Positions 1 through 7,924 of a stretch of 32,000 nucleotides of DNA are shown piece after piece. Source of the DNA: Salmonella phage Melville; sequence record MF957259.1; one strand, 5' to 3'. The notes under the pieces were generated by a model. That model had not been told where the DNA came from. It ran no database searches and saw only the letters and a program-made list of their open reading frames with translations. A program made the position numbers and the translations under genes. Each line of letters opens with the position of its first letter. Positions within the stretch are counted from its first letter, which is position 1.

Positions 1-18
1 ATTTTTCTCACTTAGCTA

Positions 19-198
19 TTAAGAATAATCTCGGTTCTTATATCCGTTGTAATGAACAGCAGGAGCAGCAGTTTCTCGGAACATTTTTCCTTCGCAATTC
101 AGAAATGAACAATCAATTGGTTCATCGCGCTCTGATACCTTGCGCATCTTTTCTACTTTTTCGCCACAAGCTTCACATTTATAATCATAAATTGGCAT
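19..198 (-). CDS. 59-aa FmdB-like zinc-ribbon protein (MPIYDYKCEACGEKVEKMRKVSERDEPIDCSFLNCEGKMFRETAAPAVHYNGYKNRDYS)
   Basis: Hand-translated; below the ORF-track cutoff. MPIYDYxCxxCG start plus CxxC and C-x4-C; TAATG overlap with the stop of the upstream gene. Confidence 0.7.
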   Translation of the reverse strand: MPIYDYKCEACGEKVEKMRKVSERDEPIDCSFLNCEGKMFRETAAPAVHYNGYKNRDYS

Positions 199-647
199 TA
201 CAACAATCCTTTTAACAATTTAATAGCTGACATAGCCTGAGATTTATTAGTAATTACTAAAGTGATATGAGGAACTTCATTTTCTTCAACTTCATCTGAA
301 GATTCGTATTCATCGTCATTTGCAGCTATCAATTCGCCAGTTTCCAACTTAAAATATTTAGCTTCTTCACGCAAGATAAAGAAATATTCATCGCTGACTT
401 TAGCATTCAAGTATCCAGGCAACCCATTGACTGTATCTTGGTCACCAACCAGCACGCCATTACACATTATAGCTGCTTCGGCATTACCGGTCTCGGGATT
501 GACATAAATTACTCTAAAAAATCCGCCGTTTTTCTCAATAAAGTCAATAATTTCCTCATTGTACTTATGAGCTTTAGCAAATCCAACGTAATCGCGGATT
601 GAATACCATTTATCTTCGACAAATCCTTCTAAATTTTGTGTAGTCAT
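198..647 (-). CDS. Hypothetical protein (149 aa from MTTQNLEG)
   Basis: ORF; ATG at 647 overlaps the upstream stop (TAATG), favouring this start over 665. Confidence 0.7.
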   Translation of the reverse strand: MTTQNLEGFVEDKWYSIRDYVGFAKAHKYNEEIIDFIEKNGGFFRVIYVNPETGNAEAAIMCNGVLVGDQDTVNGLPGYLNAKVSDEYFFILREEAKYFKLETGELIAANDDEYESSDEVEENEVPHITLVITNKSQAMSAIKLLKGLL

Positions 648-841
648 TAGATAGTTTCCTTCCAATAAGAAGTTCCATTTTCGTTGATGTAACGAACTAC
701 CGCATAGATTGCACGGCTATTTTCGTAAACGTAAGCGTATGTGTGATGTTCTAGATGTCCTTGAACTTCTTTTTGCACAATAGTCAACTCTGGATTGAAC
801 AAGATATCTTCAAACTGCTCTTGTGTTAAAATGCGGTTCAT
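647..841 (-). CDS. Hypothetical protein, 64 aa
   Basis: ORF with ATGAGGAAAAT Shine-Dalgarno leader directly behind an early promoter. Confidence 0.7.
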   Translation of the reverse strand: MNRILTQEQFEDILFNPELTIVQKEVQGHLEHHTYAYVYENSRAIYAVVRYINENGTSYWKETI

Positions 842-865
842 TTTATTTTCCTCATTTGTTTTGAT
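837..865. repeat. 29-nt exact leader repeat, copy 1
   Basis: Identical to 16769-16797. Confidence 0.85.
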
Positions 866-871
866 AGGGTT

Positions 872-901
872 ATAGTATCATAACCCTCAAGGAAAGTAAA
901 C
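872..901 (-). promoter_or_regulatory. T4-type early promoter
   Basis: GTTTAC (901-896), N18, TACTAT (877-872). Confidence 0.7.
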
Positions 902-903
902 GG

Positions 904-1338
904 TTAAACTTTTACACTCAGAAAACGGGTTGAGCGGATTTCTGCTGGGATAATTAAATCCAAATCTTTAGTAGCCATTAAAGCGTATTCGCCTTGATAA
1001 ACTACGTTCGCAACTTCTTCGCCGTCAACATCATAAACCAAAGTAACTAATCCACACTTACGGTCACAAATGTGACAGTCTCCCTGCCCGCCGGAATGCT
1101 CGATTGCTGCGTCTGCGTTTCGAATTCGTACAATATCGCCAATTTTAAGAACAGAACCTGAAGCTTCTTTCGTATAAGTGCTATTTTCGGACACATAGTA
1201 GTCTTTTACATAAATTGTTTTATTGGTTTTAACATCGCGCAGACGATAGCCATCACGCTCTGAATGACCTAGAACAACACCAACACGACCAGCATTTTTA
1301 CCACTAATTACACGAAGTTCAGTACCTTTAGCAAACAT
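904..1338 (-). CDS. Hypothetical protein, 144 aa, KOW-like N-terminal stretch and CxxC...
   Basis: ORF; GTELRVISGKNAGRVGVVLG resembles a KOW motif; CHICDRKC cysteines. Confidence 0.65.
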   Translation of the reverse strand: MFAKGTELRVISGKNAGRVGVVLGHSERDGYRLRDVKTNKTIYVKDYYVSENSTYTKEASGSVLKIGDIVRIRNADAAIEHSGGQGDCHICDRKCGLVTLVYDVDGEEVANVVYQGEYALMATKDLDLIIPAEIRSTRFLSVKV

Positions 1339-1379
1339 ATTATCACCTTTTCAATTTTCAGTATCAGATTTGAGAAATT

Positions 1380-1405
1380 ATTCTATATCGAAATCTTTAA
1401 AGCGT
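1380..1405 (-). promoter_or_regulatory. Possible MotA-type middle promoter
   Basis: ACGCTTTA-N12-TAGAAT upstream of the 144-aa ORF. Confidence 0.4.
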
Positions 1406-2100
1406 TATCCACGACCTTTTGGAAGTGAAAGAGGGTCAACTTCATCACCGACCGGAGCTTCTTCTAAACCAAGCGCATATCGTTGAGCATACTTCAGCAT
1501 CAGAATATCTTTAGCACAGTCGTGAATACTATCATGGGCGATGAACCCATCCAGTACGCCTTTACGCAATGGCGTGGTGGTTAAATTTCTAGTCATCAAC
1601 AGAGCTTCTATCGCCGTACGAATATCTCGTTGATTCCAGAATTTACATGGTTCCAAATTAAATGTGTCAATATCTTTATCTTCAATTCCTTTCCGGAGTT
1701 CACCTTCACGTAGGATATCAACAAGAATAGGAAAGTCAAATGACTGTCCGCGGCACCATCCAAATGAGTTCCATGCATCTACTCCGTTATCTTTCAGGAA
1801 TTTAAGAAGTTTATAAAGTCCTTCGACGTGGTCAATGTCATCATTAGACGGTGCAAGGTTAGCTCTAGCTTCAGCTGACTGCTTTTTCCACCAAGCTAAA
1901 GTACTTGCACCGAATAACCGAAATGGACGCTGAGACCGGAGGTCAAACTTTAGTTTCATTCCCCTAGAAACTAGTTCGTCGAACGTTTCGATAACTTCGG
2001 GATTAGGGTCAAAAATTACCACCGCACAGTCAATAACTGCTGATCGAGAAACGTTACCGAATGTCTCCCAATCAATAATAAAATCTTTTACGCCCGGCAT
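1405..2100 (-). CDS. dexA: Exonuclease A (DEDD 3'-5' exonuclease)
   Basis: DFIIDWETFG...AVIDCAVVIFDPNPEVIETFDELVSRG, GWCRGQSFDFPILVD and HDSIHDCAKDILMLKYA match T4 DexA. Confidence 0.95.
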   Translation of the reverse strand: MPGVKDFIIDWETFGNVSRSAVIDCAVVIFDPNPEVIETFDELVSRGMKLKFDLRSQRPFRLFGASTLAWWKKQSAEARANLAPSNDDIDHVEGLYKLLKFLKDNGVDAWNSFGWCRGQSFDFPILVDILREGELRKGIEDKDIDTFNLEPCKFWNQRDIRTAIEALLMTRNLTTTPLRKGVLDGFIAHDSIHDCAKDILMLKYAQRYALGLEEAPVGDEVDPLSLPKGRG

Positions 2101-2321
2101 AGATATTCCTTAAATTCATTAATCTGTTTAGATATTTTATCATTAATTGATATAAGCGGTACCTGTCCTTGGAACCAAGCGATACTCATAGCTTGGTCGC
2201 GAATCTCATTTAATTGAAGTAACAACGTAGACTGATGACCGCGCCACCAAGCATCTTCAGGTTTGTTAATTTCAATAGCATCAATCAACTTATCAAAATC
2301 ATCAATATTAAGAGTAAACAT
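2088..2321 (-). CDS. Hypothetical protein, 77 aa, between dda and dexA
   Basis: ORF overlapping dexA start. Confidence 0.65.
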   Translation of the reverse strand: MFTLNIDDFDKLIDAIEINKPEDAWWRGHQSTLLLQLNEIRDQAMSIAWFQGQVPLISINDKISKQINEFKEYLCRA

Positions 2322-2330
2322 ATTTGTTCC

Positions 2331-3656
2331 TTATACAAAGAAAACATCATGACGGCCACGAGTTGCACCCACATAAAGAAGCTCTAACTTAAACTTGTTA
2401 TCGCTGCTTACGTGAATACATGGAGTATAAATGAAACTACTATCTACGGAAATACCCTGAGCTTTGTGGAACGTTGAACAAGGTAAAGCTTTAACCTTGT
2501 GGAATTTTCGTTTAGCATCCCAGAATTCTGACCAAGGAGCTTTGCCGCCTTTGTTCCAATTTTTGTAGGTGTCTGCTGTCTTTGCCAAGAAAAACTGAAA
2601 CTTGTTCATTTCTTGTTCGTCAGATATTACATTAATTTTCTCACGAGCATATTCTTCATCATCATAGGTTTCTACATCTAAAACCCAGTGACGAATTAAG
2701 TGTTCACCAGATACTCCTTTTGCTCCCAAGAATGAAGATGTGTAATCTGCACTTAGAATACGAACATATTGACCATTAGTAAATAATGTTTCATGGAATT
2801 TTTTTCCCTCAAATACAAGTTCCCTCATTAAAGGTTCTTGCATAACAATAACTTCTCCTACTACGAACGCCTCTTCCGTTTGATATAAACGTCTACGAAT
2901 AATAGAGTTTAATTTATCAACTGACTTATTTGTGAATGCGAGCATTCGGTTTTCAAACAAATCTTCCGGTGATTTGACGATACTAAAATATTGCATCATA
3001 AAATCTTTAAGTGCTGTTGTACTTGTAAATCCATGTACACCATGACCATCAACAGTTTTTTCGTAAATCCATGAACCGTTTCTTATATCAGTAGCCACAT
3101 CAATAATTGGAGCGTTACTGCGCATTACTTCAGTAAGATTTAATTGTTTAAAATCTTTATGAATAAAGAAAGGAGATATATGAGCTTCTGTTTCTCCCGG
3201 GTCAACCGGACGAATTTGAGCGACATCTCCAATAGCGACTATAGTACACCATTTAGGAATTGAAGCCATTAATATTTTAAACAGTTTACGGTCCCACATT
3301 GAAGCTTCGTCACATATTAGCACTCGGCATGATGCTAAATCTGGCACTTCCTTTTGTTCAAACAACATACTTTCTTCATATGTTGTGGGGTTAATTTTTA
3401 AAATTTTATGAATAGTATTAGCTTCCATGCCGGACAATTTGGTTAATACTTTTTTGGCTGCATGTGTAGGAGCCGTCAAAATAATACCAGTTTCGCCAGT
3501 AGAAACTAAATGCTCCATGATAAATTTTGTTAACGTAGTTTTACCAGTACCCGCTGGGCCGTTGATAGTAACATGGTTTTTCTTTTCTTTTATAGCTCTA
3601 ATAGTTTCATCAAATGCTAGTTTCTGGCCAGAAGTCAACTGCTCAAATGTAATCAT
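2331..3656 (-). CDS. dda: Dda-like SF1B DNA helicase
   Basis: Walker A INGPAGTGKTTLTKF, Walker B LICDEASM, STFHKAQGISVD, LYVGATRGRHDV. Confidence 0.96.
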   Translation of the reverse strand: MITFEQLTSGQKLAFDETIRAIKEKKNHVTINGPAGTGKTTLTKFIMEHLVSTGETGIILTAPTHAAKKVLTKLSGMEANTIHKILKINPTTYEESMLFEQKEVPDLASCRVLICDEASMWDRKLFKILMASIPKWCTIVAIGDVAQIRPVDPGETEAHISPFFIHKDFKQLNLTEVMRSNAPIIDVATDIRNGSWIYEKTVDGHGVHGFTSTTALKDFMMQYFSIVKSPEDLFENRMLAFTNKSVDKLNSIIRRRLYQTEEAFVVGEVIVMQEPLMRELVFEGKKFHETLFTNGQYVRILSADYTSSFLGAKGVSGEHLIRHWVLDVETYDDEEYAREKINVISDEQEMNKFQFFLAKTADTYKNWNKGGKAPWSEFWDAKRKFHKVKALPCSTFHKAQGISVDSSFIYTPCIHVSSDNKFKLELLYVGATRGRHDVFFV

Positions 3657-3952
3657 ACCACTGATACCCTTTTAACACTTAATGTGTTCATAATTTGTCT
3701 GTTCATTCTACTTTCAATTTCAGAAAGCTTTTTAAACTTCATTTCAACTTTATCGAACCAGAAACGACGTTTCTTAATTGTAGTTTCTACTTTACCGACA
3801 TTCAATATATGAGTAATATAAGTTTTTAGCTGCTCATAATGCTTCACAGCATCATCAAATTTTTCATAGATTGTAGCCTTTCCAGATTCGAAGTACGGGA
3901 GTTCAAACCCGTCTTTATCTTTATAGACTAACATATATCCATAGTGCATCAC
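3653..3952 (-). CDS. Hypothetical protein, 99 aa (dda.1 position)
   Basis: ORF; 4-nt overlap with dda. Confidence 0.7.
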   Translation of the reverse strand: MMHYGYMLVYKDKDGFELPYFESGKATIYEKFDDAVKHYEQLKTYITHILNVGKVETTIKKRRFWFDKVEMKFKKLSEIESRMNRQIMNTLSVKRVSVV

Positions 3953-4731
3953 ATTTTGCCTCGGATAAGTTGTAACAATGTTGCAGAAAGTGGAAGACCT
4001 TTCTTCAGTTTCGCTTTATCCAAACGAGATAAATTTTGGAAACGAGTAAGACCTTGAATAATAATATCATAATCTTTCACGGTGATTTCTGCTTTGCTAT
4101 TCTTTTTGGATGCAGCGCCTGAAGTTACAGCTTCAGAAGACGGGTATTTTTCAAATATTCTCTTTAATGTTTTAATTCCGCCTTTGATGCGAGTTTCTAG
4201 AGAATCGCGAGTGTCTTTCTGTATTCCGGCCTGCTTAAGATGACTGCGGCGGGCCTGTACGTTTGCCCAAATGCGTTTAGCTTCTTCGCGCCGGACGTCG
4301 GAAATTTTAGACCAATCCGGCTCTTTATTCCAATCATGAGTTTCTAATACAAAGTCAGAATGATTGAGGTCAACAGCAGGTTCTACAACTTTGTTTTTAG
4401 AGTCAACGGCGGAAACGATGCGCGCAGCTAGTTCTTCTTGCTTTTTAATGAGGTCATCAATTTCGAAGTTGGCGCGCAGTTTATTGTACTTCATTTTAAC
4501 AGGAATAACGTTGCCTTCTACATATCCTTTGTTGTTATCAAACCGCTCGAGAGTCATTTGGTCAGGTCCAAGTTCCTTCTTGAACTTTTCTCCTGAATAT
4601 GCGCAAGTATCTTGCTCCATGATGTTCATCAAGTACTTCAAAGAAAGATTAAATTCTTTACTTCTAGAAGAAGCACTTTTGTATGTATGAACCAAACGTT
4701 GAGCGATAACAATTTCACGAGGCATGGCCAT
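3949..4731 (-). CDS. srd: Srd-like protein (T4 Srd is a postulated decoy of host sigma70), 260 aa
   Basis: Size and position between dda.1 and mod genes as in T4; contains an HNH-like stretch. Confidence 0.7.
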   Translation of the reverse strand: MAMPREIVIAQRLVHTYKSASSRSKEFNLSLKYLMNIMEQDTCAYSGEKFKKELGPDQMTLERFDNNKGYVEGNVIPVKMKYNKLRANFEIDDLIKKQEELAARIVSAVDSKNKVVEPAVDLNHSDFVLETHDWNKEPDWSKISDVRREEAKRIWANVQARRSHLKQAGIQKDTRDSLETRIKGGIKTLKRIFEKYPSSEAVTSGAASKKNSKAEITVKDYDIIIQGLTRFQNLSRLDKAKLKKGLPLSATLLQLIRGKM

Positions 4732-4786
4732 AACGATATTCCTTATTTGCTTTTTATGCGAAGGTGGTATAATGGTTTCAAGGATT

Positions 4787-4816
4787 ATTCTAATACACTC
4801 TATCCGGAAAGTAAAC
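4787..4816 (-). promoter_or_regulatory. T4-type early promoter upstream of srd
   Basis: GTTTAC-N18-TAGAAT. Confidence 0.6.
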
Positions 4817-4818
4817 GG

Positions 4819-5451
4819 TTAGAATGAATAAAAATCCAAATGATATACAGTATATGACGGAGATAAAGGGTCATACTGTAACTCTTCAATCTCCACTATC
4901 TCAAATTGTGTTCCAATAGGGAACATCCATTCATCTTCTCCATTGACCATTTCAAGTTTATCCAGTCTTTCGTCAAAAATAAAATCTGGGTCTATGCTGT
5001 GCATAAATTCTGTTTCTGGCGCAGCCAGAAGCATATTCAGTGCATGCTCTTGATAATTAAAAGCAAATGGGCAATTACGTAATGCCAAAATAGTATGAGT
5101 ACCATATACATTTCCTCCAGCAAATTGTCTTGCTGTCGAAAAATCTGAAGTGAATGACGTAACTCGGTCATCAGCAATAATTCTTCCTATTGCCATGTTT
5201 TTCAACCAAGCTTCGGTACGTTTTGAAACTCCTCTGTAGAGTTCAACTGGAACGTCAGAACTAATATGCTTACGTATAATTTTGTCCAGTTCTACATGCA
5301 AAGTTTTGTCAATTTTATCATTCATACACTGCCAAAGTATGCTCTGTTCAAAATCACTGAACATCTTAATTTTTTCTTCATACAATCCATAGAGATTGTT
5401 ATCAACTATGTTACAAACGATTTCATTAAGCTGAGAATTTGTGTATAACAT
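4819..5451 (-). CDS. modA: NAD+:protein mono-ADP-ribosyltransferase, ModA/ModB family
   Basis: R-S-E motifs: ELYRGVSKR, VTSFTSDF, APETEFM; position beside srd. Confidence 0.85.
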   Translation of the reverse strand: MLYTNSQLNEIVCNIVDNNLYGLYEEKIKMFSDFEQSILWQCMNDKIDKTLHVELDKIIRKHISSDVPVELYRGVSKRTEAWLKNMAIGRIIADDRVTSFTSDFSTARQFAGGNVYGTHTILALRNCPFAFNYQEHALNMLLAAPETEFMHSIDPDFIFDERLDKLEMVNGEDEWMFPIGTQFEIVEIEELQYDPLSPSYTVYHLDFYSF

Positions 5452-5477
5452 AATAGCCTCCGTAGTTTACAGAAGCT

Positions 5478-5507
5478 ATCATAACACATTTTGACTGGGA
5501 TGTAAAC
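5478..5507 (-). promoter_or_regulatory. T4-type early promoter upstream of modA-like gene
   Basis: GTTTAC-N18-TATGAT. Confidence 0.7.
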
Positions 5508-5509
5508 GG

Positions 5510-5704
5510 TTATTCTGTCCACGGAGCCCAAGGAGGAGGGTCTAACCAGATAGAAGAGAGTTCTTCTACGAAAGTGTCGTTGAGTTTTACACCGTGCCGT
5601 AAGGCAAGAACAAAAAGCTCTTGTCTGATTTCAGCACGACGGTTGCCAAATGCTTCTGAATTTTTTGACTGGTCTTCTTCAAATAAATCAAATAAATCCG
5701 ACAT
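5510..5704 (-). CDS. Hypothetical protein, 64 aa
   Basis: ORF; stop lies just outside the modA early promoter. Confidence 0.6.
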   Translation of the reverse strand: MSDLFDLFEEDQSKNSEAFGNRRAEIRQELFVLALRHGVKLNDTFVEELSSIWLDPPPWAPWTE

Positions 5705-6189
5705 TACATACCTCTGACGTATTTGACAGCAGTTATGTGCTTCGTTTTTTCTTCAAATCCATTACGACGAATTCCAGTATCATTAAAATGATGCCAAATG
5801 AATTTTTCCAATTCAACGATGTGTTCAGGAGTATTTACAATAAATTTTTTGAAGATTTTTGTGCCATATCCATCTGTATGACACAAAGGTTCGCTAAAAT
5901 TGAATTCTGGAAAAATGTATTTCTGGCTGAGCAAAGTTTCTACCATACCAAACGGTGAATTTTCGCATTTGTCTATATTACAATCATGAATGATTTCTAA
6001 CAATGCATTTTCAGGAATTCGCATTTTCATAAACTGCTTTTCTAGATTATTATAATGCTCGTTTGAAAAAGGTGCAGATTCACCATACTGAGTGAGAACA
6101 ACTTCAAACTTTTCTCGAGTTTCTTCTACTCGCCGACCAGTTCTTTTATAGAATTTCACTACAAATGACTTTGTTTTCATATTTTTCAT
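5704..6189 (-). CDS. Hypothetical protein, 161 aa
   Basis: ORF, TAATG-like junction with next ORF. Confidence 0.7.
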   Translation of the reverse strand: MKNMKTKSFVVKFYKRTGRRVEETREKFEVVLTQYGESAPFSNEHYNNLEKQFMKMRIPENALLEIIHDCNIDKCENSPFGMVETLLSQKYIFPEFNFSEPLCHTDGYGTKIFKKFIVNTPEHIVELEKFIWHHFNDTGIRRNGFEEKTKHITAVKYVRGM

Positions 6190-6203
6190 AGTATTCTCTT
6201 ATT

Positions 6204-6446
6204 TTATGACTTATCGCCATAAATGTTAGTTAAAAGCTTTTTAGCTTCTATTGAAATACGTTTAGCTTCCTGTTCATTTTGCCAATTTCTAGCGTATTCT
6301 TCCGCTTCATATTGAAGTTCTTGCTCAACTTTAGCAACCCATGCATCATCTAAATGAGTGGGTGTTTCAAACCAATTTTTGAATTCTTCATACCATCGTT
6401 TAATCATATAACCAGGATGTCCCAAAGCGAATAACAGATTTTTCAC
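6204..6446 (-). CDS. Hypothetical protein, 80 aa
   Basis: ORF. Confidence 0.6.
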   Translation of the reverse strand: MKNLLFALGHPGYMIKRWYEEFKNWFETPTHLDDAWVAKVEQELQYEAEEYARNWQNEQEAKRISIEAKKLLTNIYGDKS

Positions 6447-6645
6447 CTACAAAGTGAAAGTGAGCCTCATATATGACACGTAAAGCAGTACCTTCCTCAC
6501 GGTAGCAATGAACAAAGATGTCTACTAAATCATACAGATTTGGGCTATTTGCGATAAACAAATGTTCATGAATTAAGCGATTTGCAATAAGACTATTGAT
6601 ACCACCAACTTCTTCAACTGGCTTCATCCAGTTAGATGTTTTCAT
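6400..6645 (-). CDS. Hypothetical protein, 81 aa (MKTSNWMKPVEEVGG...)
   Basis: ATG at 6645 with GAGGATAAT leader; the longer 154-aa call runs through a terminator and is unlikely. Confidence 0.7.
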   Translation of the reverse strand: MKTSNWMKPVEEVGGINSLIANRLIHEHLFIANSPNLYDLVDIFVHCYREEGTALRVIYEAHFHFVGEKSVIRFGTSWLYD

Positions 6646-6670
6646 AATATTATCCTCATTTGATAAAAGA

Positions 6671-6695
6671 ATTATATCATATCGTTTAAAAGCAA
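6671..6695 (-). promoter_or_regulatory. MotA-type middle promoter
   Basis: TTGCTTTT-N11-TATAAT (extended TGATATAAT context omitted one base: ATGATATAAT). Confidence 0.6.
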
Positions 6696-6720
6696 AAAAG
6701 GGACTCCCGAAGGAGTCCCT
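6694..6720 (-). terminator. Rho-independent terminator
   Basis: Minus strand AGGGACTCCTTCGGGAGTCCCTTTTTT: perfect 9-bp stem, TTCG loop, T-run. Confidence 0.9.
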
Positions 6721-6724
6721 GCAA

Positions 6725-6970
6725 TCAACCACCTGGTACTGCTGGTGGTACGCCTTTAAACATATCAGCGTTTTTGGCAATCCAAGCGTCTCTTTGGTCC
6801 TCTTCAAAAACGGTAGAATACGCCGCTTTTTCGGAAGGGAAGAGTTGATAATGAGAACCAGCAATTTGATGCACGTCGGAGTAAAGCTTAAAAGCTACAG
6901 AAACTTCCATACCTTTTACTTCGCCGTCGGCATTTGTATGGTCAAACGTTTTTACGTTAACATAACTCAT
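6725..6970 (-). CDS. Hypothetical protein, 81 aa
   Basis: ORF with AAAGGAG SD, followed by a terminator. Confidence 0.75.
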   Translation of the reverse strand: MSYVNVKTFDHTNADGEVKGMEVSVAFKLYSDVHQIAGSHYQLFPSEKAAYSTVFEEDQRDAWIAKNADMFKGVPPAVPGG

Positions 6971-7003
6971 GTAATTCTCCTTTGTTGATTACATGAGTAT
7001 TTA

Positions 7004-7156
7004 TTAATAGTTATTTAAAGCCTCTACGACATCTGCTATGATATCTTCAGAATCGCTAATAAGTTCTCGAAGAGATTGATACTTATCTTCTGGGCTTAAA
7101 TCCTCTAAGCCCCAGTATTTTATTAAAGCATTTTCAATATCGGAATATGAAATCAT
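7004..7156 (-). CDS. Hypothetical protein, 50 aa (MISYSDIENALIKYWGLEDLSPEDKYQSLRELISDSEDIIADVVEALNNY)
   Basis: Hand-translated; start overlaps stop of gene 56 (TAATG). Confidence 0.6.
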   Translation of the reverse strand: MISYSDIENALIKYWGLEDLSPEDKYQSLRELISDSEDIIADVVEALNNY

Positions 7157-7674
7157 TAATATCCTCGATTCTGTCGCTCAAAGTTCTCAGCATTTTTCAG
7201 ATAGTAAAGTTTAAAGATTTCTTCAGCCGACATGCCTAATCCTTGGAACATATTCAACACAAAGTGAAGAATATCAATCATTTCAAATTTAATTTCTAAT
7301 TGGTCTTTTGAAGACATTTCGGAAATAAGACGATTGCGGAATTCTGCATGTTGTGCTTTCCACGGTTTCCAGACAGAAGAAGCAGCCTTCTCGCCATTAG
7401 ACATACCGCCCAGAGAAGTCAACAGCTCACGGAATTCGTCATCGATATAATCTTTCTGATTACGTAGCCAATCAACAACTTCACCAGCTTTAGCTAAGTC
7501 ATCTGGATTGCGGTTATATTCAGGTTTATCATTTGCTAGACGTACTTGCAATGATTTTTGCATGTCAAGCATCACTTGAAGCGGGTCAATACCAGCATTC
7601 ACAGCATCATGATACGCATTTTCTGCTTTTTCATTGCCAGAGATGAGTTGAGAACATTCATTAAAATGGGCCAT
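7156..7674 (-). CDS. 56: dCTPase/dUTPase gp56 (all-alpha NTP pyrophosphatase)
   Basis: MAHFNEC...DPLQVMLDMQ...IDDEFRELLTSLGGMS...FEMIDILHFVLNMFQGLGMSAEEIFKLYYLKNAENFERQNRGY matches T4 gp56. Confidence 0.96.
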   Translation of the reverse strand: MAHFNECSQLISGNEKAENAYHDAVNAGIDPLQVMLDMQKSLQVRLANDKPEYNRNPDDLAKAGEVVDWLRNQKDYIDDEFRELLTSLGGMSNGEKAASSVWKPWKAQHAEFRNRLISEMSSKDQLEIKFEMIDILHFVLNMFQGLGMSAEEIFKLYYLKNAENFERQNRGY

Positions 7675-7714
7675 TATATTTCCTGTCAAAGTATTAAATA
7701 GTTTAGGAGGATTT

Positions 7715-7924
7715 ATGTCTGAAAAAATTAAAACCCCAGAAAATAAAAATCTGAAGTCTCAATTCGTTGAGAACAAAGGTAAATTAATCTTAGTTGGAGT
7801 TATTACAGCTGTAATAACAGCATGGAACTATATTATCATCCCTTTCGCATTAGCATATGGTTTTACTTTACCTCCAATTCCATTGGATAAAGTTATTCAT
7901 TTCATTATGCTCGGAGGATTTTAA
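7715..7924 (+). CDS. Small single-pass membrane protein, 69 aa
   Basis: Only credible plus-strand ORF; GGAGG (7706-7710) 4 nt before ATG; hydrophobic LILVGVITAVITAWNYIIIPFALAYGF. Confidence 0.65.
   Translation: MSEKIKTPENKNLKSQFVENKGKLILVGVITAVITAWNYIIIPFALAYGFTLPPIPLDKVIHFIMLGGF

Noticed and set aside
6400-6864. 154-aa version of the 6400 ORF and 31-/7-/27-residue N-terminal extensions of ORFs at 31516, 29036 and 30773
   Set aside because: Extensions start at weak or non-ATG codons and cross a terminator, promoter or an upstream gene; internal ATGs have better context.
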